DNA of 64,000 nt from Oscillospiraceae bacterium (GCA_015063585.1 SVTW01000001.1:34680-98679); one strand, 5' to 3'; counted from the first letter of the stretch, positions 46,942 through 56,518 are shown. The notes: a model not told the origin generated them from the sequence alone. A program made the numbers and translations.

Positions 46942-47228
46942 TCGTCTCCACCGATTCTATCCAAAATTTTTTGATATCCACCTGCACCGTAGTTGTACGC
47001 GCGGTTGACACGGCTGATCGTTGCGGTGCTTGCACCCGTTTGCTCCACGATCTTATTATAGACAGCTTGCTCGGAGAGCATTTGTGCCACCAAAATGCGC
47101 TGGGAAATATCGGCTATTTCCTTTTTTGTCATCAGATCCTCAAGGAACGCCGAGCACTCGGACTCGGTTTGGAGGGAAAGCAGAGCCTTTACAAGCAACT
47201 CCATTCCGCGTTTTTCACTTGATTCCAT
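46938..47228 (-). CDS. YerC/YecD-family TrpR-like DNA-binding protein (candidate histidine operon repressor)
   Basis: 96 aa, TrpR-like HTH (YNKIVEQTGASTATISRVNRAY). First gene of the his operon; its stop overlaps the hisZ start; AAGGAG RBS. Confidence 0.8.
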   Translation of the reverse strand: MESSEKRGMELLVKALLSLQTESECSAFLEDLMTKKEIADISQRILVAQMLSEQAVYNKIVEQTGASTATISRVNRAYNYGAGGYQKILDRIGGDE

Positions 47229-47270
47229 GTTCCGTGTCTCCTTTCTTCCGCTTGATTTTCTCAAGCCTCT

Positions 47271-47304
47271 AAGCACTTTAATATGATAACACACTAAAGT
47301 GCTT
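47271..47304. promoter_or_regulatory. perfect inverted repeat AAGCACTTTA-N14-TAAAGTGCTT (candidate operator)
   Basis: The 10-bp arms are exact reverse complements and the repeat spans the -10 of the his promoter. Confidence 0.6.
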
Positions 47305-47311
47305 TTGTCAA
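47283..47311 (-). promoter_or_regulatory. sigma-A promoter of the his operon (TTGACA-17-TATCAT)
   Basis: Minus-strand -35 at 47306-47311, -10 at 47283-47288. Confidence 0.6.
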
Positions 47312-47376
47312 GTCCTTTTTCAAAATTTAACAAACAAAAACCACAAAATGCGGGGGGCTGTATACAGCATTTTAAA

Positions 47377-47421
47377 CAAAAAGAAACGTCTGCCTTGTCC
47401 TTTTAAACAAAGCAGGCGTTT
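47377..47421 (-). terminator. rho-independent terminator after pfkB-family gene
   Basis: AAACGCCTGC/GCAGACGTTT stem (1 mismatch) followed by CTTTTTG on the minus strand. Confidence 0.6.
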
Positions 47422-47432
47422 GTCAGATATTT

Positions 47433-48371
47433 TTAAAGGGTATGAACCTTGACATTGGCAAAAACAGCACGCACATCCGCGGGACGGGGTGGCAGAGTAC
47501 CTTCGGTCATACAAGCCGCTGTTCCAAATGATACGGCGGTTTGGAGAGCGTCCGCACCGGATTCCCCTTTTGCGGTTGCCGCCAGCAAACCTGCTAAAGT
47601 GCTGTCCCCTGCCCCGATCGTCGAAACAGGGTGCGCAAGCTTCGGCACCTGTAAGTGCAACCGACATGCACCGTCTGACCAAACCGCGCCGTCACCGCCC
47701 AGGCTGATCATAACCTCCTGCGCAACACCGCGCAACACAAGCTCACGAGCCGCATCCGCCGCATCCTCGGCATTGTTTACCGTTCTGCCGAGAAATGCCT
47801 CGATCTCCTGTTCATTGGGCTTAATAAACCAGGGTCGAATCGAGAGCAGATCGTTTGGTGTAAAGGAATTGGAATCCACAATTAAGCGCGTGCCTGCGTG
47901 AATCAATTTTTTCAAAAAGGAGATTACACGATCCTTAGTAATTCCGCGTGGGAGTCGGCCTGAAAAAGAGATCAGGTCGCCCGCTCCGAGGTCGGCAAGC
48001 AGACGTGCCTCCATGTTGTCCAACACAGACTCGGAAAGTGAAAAGGTATCCAGGCTAATTCGGGTCTCCGCGTCCGCCGCAGGATGCAACGTAATGTTTT
48101 CACGAATGCGACCCGGGGTATAAAACGGAACAAAGGTAAGACCGTCCCGCGTAAGCTGCGATGCAAATTCAGCACCATTTTCCTCACCAAGCACCACGTA
48201 AGCCGTGTTCGCCACGCCGTTTACCACCAAGGCGCGAGAGGTGTTAATGCCCTTGCCGCAGGCTCCGCGCGTAACACTTTGCACATAGTTTTCCTTGCCC
48301 GCAATAAATTGTTCCATGCCGTAATGCAGATCAATTGCGGGGTTGAGCGTAATTGTTTTAATTCCGTACAT
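47433..48371 (-). CDS. 1-phosphofructokinase / tagatose-6-phosphate kinase family (PfkB) sugar kinase
   Basis: MYGIKTITLNPAIDLHY N-terminus; GAGDS and DTIGAGD-type motifs. Confidence 0.85.
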   Translation of the reverse strand: MYGIKTITLNPAIDLHYGMEQFIAGKENYVQSVTRGACGKGINTSRALVVNGVANTAYVVLGEENGAEFASQLTRDGLTFVPFYTPGRIRENITLHPAADAETRISLDTFSLSESVLDNMEARLLADLGAGDLISFSGRLPRGITKDRVISFLKKLIHAGTRLIVDSNSFTPNDLLSIRPWFIKPNEQEIEAFLGRTVNNAEDAADAARELVLRGVAQEVMISLGGDGAVWSDGACRLHLQVPKLAHPVSTIGAGDSTLAGLLAATAKGESGADALQTAVSFGTAACMTEGTLPPRPADVRAVFANVKVHTL

Positions 48372-48390
48372 CCTTCTAATTCCTTCTCGT

Positions 48391-49647
48391 TCATTTGCGT
48401 TTGGGTGCATTTTTCAGCAGATAAGCCTCTGCTTCAGCGCACCACAACCCATTGTGTCGCTTTAAAACCTCGTTCAAGCCCGCCCACAAGGGATTCGTTT
48501 TTCCAAGCTCCTCCAGATCCTCCAGTGCCACGATCGGAATATCCAGCTCATTATAGCAGATCTTTTTGGATCCGCTCGGTTTTTCCATCGCAAAGATCGC
48601 CTCGGGTACTGCGCCAAGACCAAGAATATGCGAAACCATAACCCCCGGATGGATCGTTCCGTTTTCGATCAGATGGATCACGTCCACCGTATCCTCGGGA
48701 ATACTGCCCGCCGTACCCACCAAATGAATGCCGTCATAATGCACGCGGTAAAGGTTCAGGCTTCCCTGCAGATCATGAACGGGAGGTCCCGCAAAGAAAT
48801 TGATACAACCGTCAAAGCCCGCGATCTTCTCTGCCATAGTAAGAAGCCCGCTTACGGGAACCATGACGAATACGTCATCAAAGCCACCGTTTGAAAGCTC
48901 CAAAAGCGTTTGTGTTGGGTCTTCGCAGGAGGCTGTGTTCAGATAGATCAGCTCACAACCGCGTGCCGCCGCAGACGCGGGAGTGCATTTTCTTTTCGCG
49001 TATGCAAGACGCTCCTCGGAAATATCGGTTACAACCACCTGTGAGCAACCCGCATATCCGATCGCAAGCTCAATGGATGCCAGCCCCATGGGTCCTGCTC
49101 CGCCGAGGATCGCCAGCTTGCCGCCGCGTTTTGCACCGTCGGTGCGGACATAATTGGTATAGTCGGTATGGTAAAGCCCCTTGAAGGCACGCAGAACGCA
49201 TCCGATCGGCTCGGTTAATGAGCCCTCATAATAGCTCTCGCCTTCGTATGGAAGAAGACAACCGCGCTCCAGAACAAGCTTGGGAACGATCGCATAGGTC
49301 ATATTGCCGCCTACATAGGGATAGGCATAGCCGGGATCATATCCGGTGTCAAGCTTCAGGGCGGGTTGAATAACCGCGCGCTGCCCAACCTTCCACCGGT
49401 CAGCAAGCTCGGCTCCTACCTCCAAAATCTCACCGCACATCTCGTGTCCGATCACAACGGGCTGCTCGGCAATGGTTGGCGGAACGCGCTTGTGTGCTGT
49501 TCCCTGAATGACGGCTTTATAGGTGGACGCGCACACCGAATCCGATACCACGCGCATCAGAACCTCGTCGGGACCGATCTTTGGGAGCTCAAAGCTCTCC
49601 ACCCGCAAATCTCTCGAACCGTAAAGTCGAACCGCATCTGTTCTCAT
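48391..49647 (-). CDS. zinc-dependent medium-chain dehydrogenase (possibly sugar-phosphate reductase, SorE-like)
   Basis: GHEMCGEI zinc motif, GGAGPMG Rossmann motif, ~60-aa C-terminal extension. Start at the ATG 9 nt after GGAGG. Confidence 0.78.
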   Translation of the reverse strand: MRTDAVRLYGSRDLRVESFELPKIGPDEVLMRVVSDSVCASTYKAVIQGTAHKRVPPTIAEQPVVIGHEMCGEILEVGAELADRWKVGQRAVIQPALKLDTGYDPGYAYPYVGGNMTYAIVPKLVLERGCLLPYEGESYYEGSLTEPIGCVLRAFKGLYHTDYTNYVRTDGAKRGGKLAILGGAGPMGLASIELAIGYAGCSQVVVTDISEERLAYAKRKCTPASAAARGCELIYLNTASCEDPTQTLLELSNGGFDDVFVMVPVSGLLTMAEKIAGFDGCINFFAGPPVHDLQGSLNLYRVHYDGIHLVGTAGSIPEDTVDVIHLIENGTIHPGVMVSHILGLGAVPEAIFAMEKPSGSKKICYNELDIPIVALEDLEELGKTNPLWAGLNEVLKRHNGLWCAEAEAYLLKNAPKRK

Positions 49648-49681
49648 TTCGATCATCCTCCAATAAATCTATGTTGCCTAT

Positions 49682-49710
49682 ATTCTATCACATCACGCAA
49701 ACCTTTTCAA
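49682..49710 (-). promoter_or_regulatory. sigma-A promoter (TTGAAA-17-TAGAAT)
   Basis: Minus-strand hexamers upstream of the dehydrogenase gene. Confidence 0.5.
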
Positions 49711-49727
49711 GAGCTTGTGGAAAGATT

Positions 49728-49784
49728 GATCATAAATCGCATTTTGAAATCATAATCGAACATTTCCGATCATATCCGATCATA
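49728..49784. promoter_or_regulatory. four phased direct repeats (G/A)ATCATA at 20/20/10-bp spacing
   Basis: Copies start at 49728, 49748, 49768 and 49778, immediately upstream of the -35 of the minus-strand promoter. Confidence 0.4.
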
Positions 49785-49820
49785 AAACAGAGTGTCAAAC
49801 ACAATTGCATTTGACACTCC
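49782..49820 (-). terminator. rho-independent terminator after FAD-protein gene
   Basis: GAGTGTCAAA/TTTGACACTC stem followed by CTGTTTTAT on the minus strand. Confidence 0.65.
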
Positions 49821-49825
49821 GATTT

Positions 49826-51229
49826 TTATGCTTCTGCTTCTGTAAGAATTCTTCCCATAATAACGCCCATAGCCGATGCCATCATCAATCCGCGTGTCCA
49901 GCCGCTGGAGTCGCCAAGACAGTGCAATCCTTCAATATTGGTATTGAGGCGCTCATCCATTTTAACTCGATTGCTGTAGAACTTCAATTCCGGTGAATAC
50001 AGGAGCGTTTCGTAGGACGCAAATCCCGGAACGACCTGATCCATTGCCTGAATAAAATTGATGATGTTTGTCATAGCGCGATAAGGCATTGCAGCGGTAA
50101 TATCCCCCGCGACGGCATCGGGCAGGGTCGGTTTTACGTTGGACTGTACCAACTCCTTTTCCCACGTCCGCTTTCCGTCCAAAATATCGCCAAACCGTTG
50201 CACAAGAATATGCCCTGCTCCAAGCATATTGGTCAGTTCACCAACCTTTTGCGCGTATTCGATGGGCTGATTGAACGGAACCGAGAAATTGTGGGAGCAA
50301 AGAATTGCGAGGTTGGTGTTGTCGGACTTCTTTTCTTTATAGGAATGACCGTTTACAACCGCCAAGTCGTTATCATAATTTTCTTGGCTGACAAATCCAC
50401 CGGGATTTTGACAGAAGGTGCGAACCTTGTTCTTGAAAGGTGCGGGATAACCGATCAGCTTCGATTCATAGAGCACCTTGTTGACCTTCTCCATGATCTC
50501 GTTTCGAACCTCTACGCGAACACCGATATCAACGGTTCCGGGCAGATGCGCAATATTATGCTCGGCACAAAGCTTTTCAAGCCAATCCGCGCCTCTGCGT
50601 CCGGTTGCGACAATGGTGTGCTCCGCGCGGATCTCCTCGATCGCACCGTTGAGCGAAACCGTAACGCCGAGGCATTTGTTCCCATCCAAAATCAAATTAT
50701 TGCATTCACAATCAAAAAAGATCTCCACACCGTGATCGAGCAGGTACTGTTCGATATCTCCGTAAAGCTGATGCGCGCGCTCGGTTCCGATATGGCGGAT
50801 CGGGCAATCCACGAGTTTAAGGCCGGCACGAATGGCACGCTTTCGGATCTCCTTTACCTCATCGGTGATCTCCGCGCCCTCAACGTGTGTGTCGGCACCA
50901 AAATCGAGATAAATGGTGTCGGTATAATCGGTAATCGACTGAACAAAATCACTTCCGAGAAGCTGTGGAAGATCGCCTCCAACCTCACAACTCAGAGAAA
51001 GCTTTCCGTCTGAGAAAGCGCCCGCTCCCGAAAATCCCGTTGTGATATGGCAATAAGGCTTGCAATTCATGCAACGTCCCGTTTTGGCTTTGGGACAAAA
51101 ACGGTTTCTGACCGAACGTCCCTTTTCAACGATCACAATTTTCTGACGCGTATTACGGCGCAACATTTCCAACGCGGTGAAAATTCCGGCAGGACCCGCG
51201 CCTACGATTACAACATCGGTTTTCATCAT
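49826..51229 (-). CDS. FAD-dependent oxidoreductase (COG2509-type uncharacterised dehydrogenase)
   Basis: N-terminal VVIVGAGPAGIF dinucleotide-binding motif; 467 aa; GGAG RBS. Confidence 0.82.
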   Translation of the reverse strand: MMKTDVVIVGAGPAGIFTALEMLRRNTRQKIVIVEKGRSVRNRFCPKAKTGRCMNCKPYCHITTGFSGAGAFSDGKLSLSCEVGGDLPQLLGSDFVQSITDYTDTIYLDFGADTHVEGAEITDEVKEIRKRAIRAGLKLVDCPIRHIGTERAHQLYGDIEQYLLDHGVEIFFDCECNNLILDGNKCLGVTVSLNGAIEEIRAEHTIVATGRRGADWLEKLCAEHNIAHLPGTVDIGVRVEVRNEIMEKVNKVLYESKLIGYPAPFKNKVRTFCQNPGGFVSQENYDNDLAVVNGHSYKEKKSDNTNLAILCSHNFSVPFNQPIEYAQKVGELTNMLGAGHILVQRFGDILDGKRTWEKELVQSNVKPTLPDAVAGDITAAMPYRAMTNIINFIQAMDQVVPGFASYETLLYSPELKFYSNRVKMDERLNTNIEGLHCLGDSSGWTRGLMMASAMGVIMGRILTEAEA

Positions 51230-51281
51230 TTGATCTCCTTCTTTTGATAGTTCATTTTCTTTTTAAATGCAAAATCCATAC

Positions 51282-51308
51282 AAAAACCGAGGGTCCGCCT
51301 CGGTTTTT
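51282..51308. terminator. bidirectional rho-independent terminator after asnS
   Basis: AAAAACCGAGG-GTCCG-CCTCGGTTTTT. Confidence 0.8.
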
Positions 51309-51320
51309 GTAAACAGTCAA

Positions 51321-52715
51321 TTAATATTCCGCGTTTCCAACCGTACGAGGATACGGAATCACGTCGCGAATGTTGGATACTCCCGTGAGGTACATGATGA
51401 TGCGCTCAAAGCCCAAACCGTAGCCTGCGTGCTTGGTTCCGCCGAATTTACGAAGGTTGACATACCACCAATAGTCCTCTTCCTTCAGGTTGCATTCCTT
51501 CATGCGATCGAGAAGCACGTCAATGCGCTCCTCTCTTTGGCTTCCGCCAATGATCTCGCCAACACCGGGGACCAGCATATCCATTGCGGCAACGGTCTTT
51601 CCGTCATCATTGAGACGCATATAGAAGGATTTGATCTCCTTCGGGTAGTTGATGACAAATACAGGCTTGCCGAAGATCTTTTCGGTCAGATATCTCTCGT
51701 GCTCGGTTTGCAGGTCGCAGCCCCATTCCACGGGATATTTGAACTCGGCACCGCTCTTTTGCAGCAGCTCCACGGCTTCCGTATAGGTCACCTTTTCATA
51801 ATCACTGTTTGCAAGCGTGTTGAGGCGCTCCAAAAGACCCTTGTCAACAAAATTATTGAAGAACTCAAGCTCTTGTGCGCAGTTTTTCAGCACGTGGCGA
51901 ATAATATATTGAATCATATCCCACGCAAGCTGCATGTTATCATTCAGATCGGCAAATGCGATCTCGGGCTCGATCATCCAAAACTCTGCCGCATGGCGAG
52001 CGGTGTTGGAATTTTCCGCGCGGAAGGTAGGACCAAAGGTATAGATATTTCCGAATGCCATTGCGTAGGTTTCACCCTCAAGCTGACCCGAAACCGTGAG
52101 ATTTGTGCTCTTTCCAAAGAAATCCTGCGACCAATCGATCGAGCCGTCCTCACGTCTGGGCGGATTTTCGGGGTCGATCGTGGTTACGCGGAACATCTCG
52201 CCCGCACCCTCGCAGTCAGAGCCCGTAATAAGAGGCGTGTGAACGTAAACAAAGCCGCGGTCATGGAAGAAGGAATGGATCGCATAGGCAACCTCGCTTC
52301 TGACACGGAAAACAGCCGAGAAAAGGTTCGTTCTGGGACGCAGATATGCCTGCTCACGCAGATACTCAACGGTATGACGCTTTTTCTGAAGCGGATAATC
52401 GGGCGTGGAGGTTCCTTCCACCGTGATCTCGATTGCCTTGAGCTCAAACGGCTGCTTCATCTCGGGCGTCAGCACCACTGTACCGCGTACTACAACTGCC
52501 GAGCCTACGTTCAACTTTGCGATCTCATCATAATTTGCGATCTTATCACGTTCGAAAACCACCTGCATGGTTTTAAAGCAGCTTCCGTCGTAAAGATCAA
52601 TAAATCCAAATGCCTTGCTGTCACGAATGCTTCTTGCCCAGCCACCAACGGTGATTCCCTTGCCATCGAACGCATTCTGATCGGCATATACACTTTTAAT
52701 CAAGTCTCTTTTCAT
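51321..52715 (-). CDS. asnS: asparagine--tRNA ligase
   Basis: 464 aa; OB-fold N-terminus and class IIb core (FRAE, GLGFER) typical of AsnRS. Confidence 0.92.
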   Translation of the reverse strand: MKRDLIKSVYADQNAFDGKGITVGGWARSIRDSKAFGFIDLYDGSCFKTMQVVFERDKIANYDEIAKLNVGSAVVVRGTVVLTPEMKQPFELKAIEITVEGTSTPDYPLQKKRHTVEYLREQAYLRPRTNLFSAVFRVRSEVAYAIHSFFHDRGFVYVHTPLITGSDCEGAGEMFRVTTIDPENPPRREDGSIDWSQDFFGKSTNLTVSGQLEGETYAMAFGNIYTFGPTFRAENSNTARHAAEFWMIEPEIAFADLNDNMQLAWDMIQYIIRHVLKNCAQELEFFNNFVDKGLLERLNTLANSDYEKVTYTEAVELLQKSGAEFKYPVEWGCDLQTEHERYLTEKIFGKPVFVINYPKEIKSFYMRLNDDGKTVAAMDMLVPGVGEIIGGSQREERIDVLLDRMKECNLKEEDYWWYVNLRKFGGTKHAGYGLGFERIIMYLTGVSNIRDVIPYPRTVGNAEY

Positions 52716-52762
52716 CGTTTTACCTCATCCTACGGATTGTTTCCGTCTGTTCTTAGCAATCT

Positions 52763-52791
52763 ATTATAGCATGTTTTGATTGGTTTGTCAA
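52763..52791 (-). promoter_or_regulatory. sigma-A promoter for asnS (TTGACA-17-TATAAT)
   Basis: Perfect consensus on the minus strand. Confidence 0.65.
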
Positions 52792-52829
52792 TCTTTTCGG
52801 TAATTTTATAGGTTGATTTCGCAGTTTTT

Positions 52830-54341
52830 TTACGCGTCAACAGCCTTTTCGGTCAGATACTTTCGATCCAGCTTTCCGTTCGGGGTAAGCGGCATGCGGT
52901 CAAGCCGCTCACAAATTGCGGGCAGCATATAGCGCGGCAGATAACCGCGAAGGAATCCGATCAGATCCTCCGCCGCAACATTTCCCGTATAATAGAGCAC
53001 AATTCGTTTTTTCACGCCGTCATATACCGCGCAAGAGCGTAAAATATCGGCACAGTCTGCCGCCGCGGCTTCAATTTCACCGAGTTCAATGCGATGCCCC
53101 ATGTGCTTGATCTGGGCATCCCGACGGCTGACAAATACAAGCTCCCCATGCGGATTGCGATAAGCAAGATCCCCCGTACGATATACGGTTTCGGGATAGA
53201 AGGATTGCAACGGGTTTTGAACAAACGCTTCCGCCGTTTTTTCGGGATTCGCATAATAACCAAGCGTTACGCAGGTTCCGCGCAGGTAGATCTCACCGAT
53301 CTGCCCATCCGAAACGCGCTTGCCGTCCTCACCGATCAGCATCAGATCGGTGTTGCGGAAGGGTCTGCCGATCGGAATCGCTTCTCCATCTGCAAGGGCG
53401 CGGTCGGCTTTCCAATAGCAGGACATACCTGTTGCCTCGGTGGGACCGTAGAGGTTGAAGAAGGTTGCATCTGGTAAAGCGGCTCTCCAAAGCTCATACT
53501 GACGAATTGGAAAGACCTCGCTTCCAAACGCAACGGTTCGCAGATAGCGAGGCGGGTTCTTCTCCAGCACGCCGAGTGAGGAGATCATCGTAAGCGCCGA
53601 AACCACCCAACAGACCGTATTTACACGATGCTCATTGAGAAAATCGCAGAGCTTCATCGGGAACATGAAAAGCTGCTTGGGGACAAGATATGCCGTTGCT
53701 CCGAATTTGATTACAGGCATCAGCTCCTTGAGCGGCGCATCAAAGAAAAGAGGCGTTTGATTTGCAAATACCGTATCCTCTGAAAACCCAAGTGCCGCGC
53801 AAAGTGTTTCAACGTAGTCGATCACCGAGCGGTGGCAGGCGACCACACCTTTCGGAACGCCTGTTGATCCCGAGGTAAAGACGATATAGATCGGGTCGGT
53901 ATCAATCTGCTCGGCGCGTACGGAATCAAGTGCTCTTTGATCCTCCTGCCCCACCGAAATTTCGTTATAACGCAGTACTTTCCCGCAAAAGTTGAGATTC
54001 TTGAGTGTTTTCTCGCTCTTTTCATCCACGATCAAAACACGGGCATGAACCGTGGCGAGAATGCTCTCCATTCGATGCACGGGCATATCGGGATCGATTG
54101 AAACGTAGTAACAGCCCGCATATACAGCACCGTAAAACGTGGCGATCTGTCGTGGGTGCTTTGCCATAAGGATCGCAATCGCCTCGCCGCGGAAACCATC
54201 TCGCAGGAGCGTGCTTCCAATGGTGCGCGACGCGCGGAGCAGTTCGGAAAATGTCATATCATAACTGCCATCGGAATATGCGATCTTTTGCGGCAGGCGC
54301 GGTGCCGTTGCTTCCAAATATTCCAAAATATTGGTTTGCAT
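52830..54341 (-). CDS. stand-alone amino-acid adenylation enzyme (DltA-like AMP-binding protein)
   Basis: Adenylation core motifs TSGSTGVPKG, YGPTE, YRTGD, GRRDAQIKHMGHRIELGEIE, PNGKLDR. ATG at 54341 follows GAGAGGA. Confidence 0.85.
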   Translation of the reverse strand: MQTNILEYLEATAPRLPQKIAYSDGSYDMTFSELLRASRTIGSTLLRDGFRGEAIAILMAKHPRQIATFYGAVYAGCYYVSIDPDMPVHRMESILATVHARVLIVDEKSEKTLKNLNFCGKVLRYNEISVGQEDQRALDSVRAEQIDTDPIYIVFTSGSTGVPKGVVACHRSVIDYVETLCAALGFSEDTVFANQTPLFFDAPLKELMPVIKFGATAYLVPKQLFMFPMKLCDFLNEHRVNTVCWVVSALTMISSLGVLEKNPPRYLRTVAFGSEVFPIRQYELWRAALPDATFFNLYGPTEATGMSCYWKADRALADGEAIPIGRPFRNTDLMLIGEDGKRVSDGQIGEIYLRGTCVTLGYYANPEKTAEAFVQNPLQSFYPETVYRTGDLAYRNPHGELVFVSRRDAQIKHMGHRIELGEIEAAAADCADILRSCAVYDGVKKRIVLYYTGNVAAEDLIGFLRGYLPRYMLPAICERLDRMPLTPNGKLDRKYLTEKAVDA

Positions 54342-54355
54342 GTGTTTATCCTCTC

Positions 54356-55435
54356 TCAATAGTAGGGTTCCAGGCTGGGGGTTGGGGTAATGATCCGCTC
54401 GGCACTTGCAGGATACTGTGTTACGTCATATGCGTAAAAATATCCATTCACACCCGAAACATCAAAGCGTTGACGCGTATATGCCTGCACCTGCAGATCG
54501 GTCAAAAGACAACCGCTGTGTTGAATTCCGCTGAGTCTCGTTGCGTCAAAATGATACCACAAGGGCTCCGTTTTGGTGCCAATATTCACCAGACTCCAAT
54601 AATGGCGTTCGTCTACAATGCCCTCGGTTCGTTTGATATCAATATTTTCAATTCCAAGCCGTTCAAAAAAGGCTTTTGAGAGCGCAAAATACGTGTAGCA
54701 ATCGCCCTCCCCCGTGCGAAGCCCATCATATGCCGCGCGTACCCAATCGTTTTTATCCGATACGGGATCATAGGAAACAGAATAATAGACATAATCGTAA
54801 ACTGCCCGCACTTTATCTTCTTTGCTCGCGGAGCTTGGAATATTGGCGGCAATAATGGGATCCAGCAACGCGTATAGCATCTCCTCGGTTACAACCTCCC
54901 GATAAACGTAGACCGTGATCTGCTTCACTGTTTGGTTCCCTGCCGCGTCCATCGCCGTGTAAAATACGGGATAGCGCCCCTCAGCGGAAAGATCCACCGC
55001 ATAGGAATCAACCAAAAGCTCGATCTTACCGTCGCAGTTATCCGAAACGGTTATTCCGTTTCGGTAGGATACTCCGTCACCGATACAAACCGAAAGATCT
55101 CGGACACCGTGAATCAGAGGAGGCTCATGGTCCATGACAAGCGTAAACGAGGTATCAAATGCAGTCTCTTTTCCGCTTTTGTCGGAAACAAGGATTCGAA
55201 TGGAATAGCTTCCCGTATGCGAAAAGCTGTATTCTTCGGCAAATTTTGCGGTATATCCGTCAGGTAATGCCGTTTCAAAAAAATCCTCGGCATGCGGCAG
55301 GGGTGCTCCCACGCCATAAGTCAGCTCGCGAACACCGGGAAGCGGCTCACTTGGTTGTGAGGATATGCAGGCAGAAGCGAGCAGCAAGCAAAGCATGCAA
55401 ACCGCAAGCAGACAAAATCGGAAACCGTATTTCAT
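54356..55435 (-). CDS. lipoprotein with Ig-like and transglutaminase-like cysteine protease domains
   Basis: Lipobox LLASAC; the GEGDCYTYFALSKAFF...HYWSLV...D pattern matches a transglutaminase core Cys-His-Asp; AAAGGAG RBS. Confidence 0.78.
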   Translation of the reverse strand: MKYGFRFCLLAVCMLCLLLASACISSQPSEPLPGVRELTYGVGAPLPHAEDFFETALPDGYTAKFAEEYSFSHTGSYSIRILVSDKSGKETAFDTSFTLVMDHEPPLIHGVRDLSVCIGDGVSYRNGITVSDNCDGKIELLVDSYAVDLSAEGRYPVFYTAMDAAGNQTVKQITVYVYREVVTEEMLYALLDPIIAANIPSSASKEDKVRAVYDYVYYSVSYDPVSDKNDWVRAAYDGLRTGEGDCYTYFALSKAFFERLGIENIDIKRTEGIVDERHYWSLVNIGTKTEPLWYHFDATRLSGIQHSGCLLTDLQVQAYTRQRFDVSGVNGYFYAYDVTQYPASAERIITPTPSLEPYY

Positions 55436-55458
55436 TCTAAAAACGCTCCTTTCAAGCG

Positions 55459-55490
55459 AAAAAACAGGATCGACAATCTTGCCGACCCTG
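55459..55490 (-). terminator. rho-independent terminator after asnA
   Basis: CAGGGTCGGCAA/TTGTCGATCCTG stem (with G-U pairs) followed by TTTTTT on the minus strand. Confidence 0.7.
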
Positions 55491-55504
55491 CCGTTCGAAA
55501 GGGA

Positions 55505-56518
55505 TCAAAGCAAGTGAATTCCCTTTTTTTCGCAAATTTGAATTTCCTCCTCGGACCAATGAGAGGACTGCACCTCGCCAATGTGCGCCTTACGCAAAAA
55601 GAACATACACATACGCGATTGACCGATACCTCCGCCAATCGTATAAGGCAATTTTCCGTTCAGAAGTGCCTGATGGAACGGCATTTTTTCACGTTCGGTA
55701 CAGCCGCGCTCGGCAAGCTGACGGCGAAGTGTTTCCTCATCGACGCGGATACCCATGGAAGAAAGTTCAAGAGCAATATCAAGAATCGGATAATACACGA
55801 TAATATCACCGTTGAGTGACCAATCGTCATAGTCGGGGGCTCTGCCATCGTGAATCTTGCCGCTTTTCAGCTTTCCGCCGATCTGTTCCAAAAAGATCGC
55901 TCCGTATTCCTTCGCCGCGGCATATTCGCGTTCCTTCGCGCTCTTTTCAGGCCAACGGTCCTCCAATTCCTGCGCGGTGATAAACGTGATCTTTTCAGGC
56001 AAAAGCTTGCCGATAAAGGAATATTCGTTTACAATATAGTTTTCGGTGTGATGCAGGGTGTCATAGATGCAGTTTACAACCGCATGCAGGGTCTCACGCG
56101 TGCGTTGCTCTCGCGTAATGATCTTTTCCCAGTCCCATTGATCCACAAAAATGGAATGGATATTGTCGGTTTCCTCATCACGCCGAATTGCGTTCATATC
56201 GGTATAAAGCCCTTCCCCAACCTCAAAACCGTACATTTGCAGGGCAAAACGCTTCCATTTTGCAAGAGAATGAACGATTTCAAGATCGGTGCCGGATAAA
56301 AGATCAAAGCGAACGGCGCGCTCAACACCGTTGAGATCGTCATTGAGTCCGCTCTTGGTATCTACAAACAGCGGCGCGGAAACGCGCGTGAGATTGAGTT
56401 GGATCGAAAGATCCTTTTCAAAGAAATCCTTTACCTTTTTAATTGCGCATTCGGTTTGACGCAGGCTCAAGAAGGATTGGTAGCCATCGGGAATCATCAC
56501 TTTGGACATGTTAAACAT
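55505..56518 (-). CDS. asnA: aspartate--ammonia ligase (asparagine synthetase A)
   Basis: 337 aa; AsnA pattern ([29 protein letters not shown]). Confidence 0.9.
   Translation of the reverse strand: MFNMSKVMIPDGYQSFLSLRQTECAIKKVKDFFEKDLSIQLNLTRVSAPLFVDTKSGLNDDLNGVERAVRFDLLSGTDLEIVHSLAKWKRFALQMYGFEVGEGLYTDMNAIRRDEETDNIHSIFVDQWDWEKIITREQRTRETLHAVVNCIYDTLHHTENYIVNEYSFIGKLLPEKITFITAQELEDRWPEKSAKEREYAAAKEYGAIFLEQIGGKLKSGKIHDGRAPDYDDWSLNGDIIVYYPILDIALELSSMGIRVDEETLRRQLAERGCTEREKMPFHQALLNGKLPYTIGGGIGQSRMCMFFLRKAHIGEVQSSHWSEEEIQICEKKGIHLL

Noticed and set aside
51267-52769. 500-aa ORF antisense to asnS
   Set aside because: asnS is unambiguous. The antisense frame runs through the asnS terminator and promoter and has no translation signals.
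52716-52829. T-box leader upstream of asnS
   Set aside because: Only ~114 nt lie between the genes and ~45 nt after the predicted -10. There is no specifier loop, no AGAGA/GNUGGNA elements and no terminator/antiterminator.
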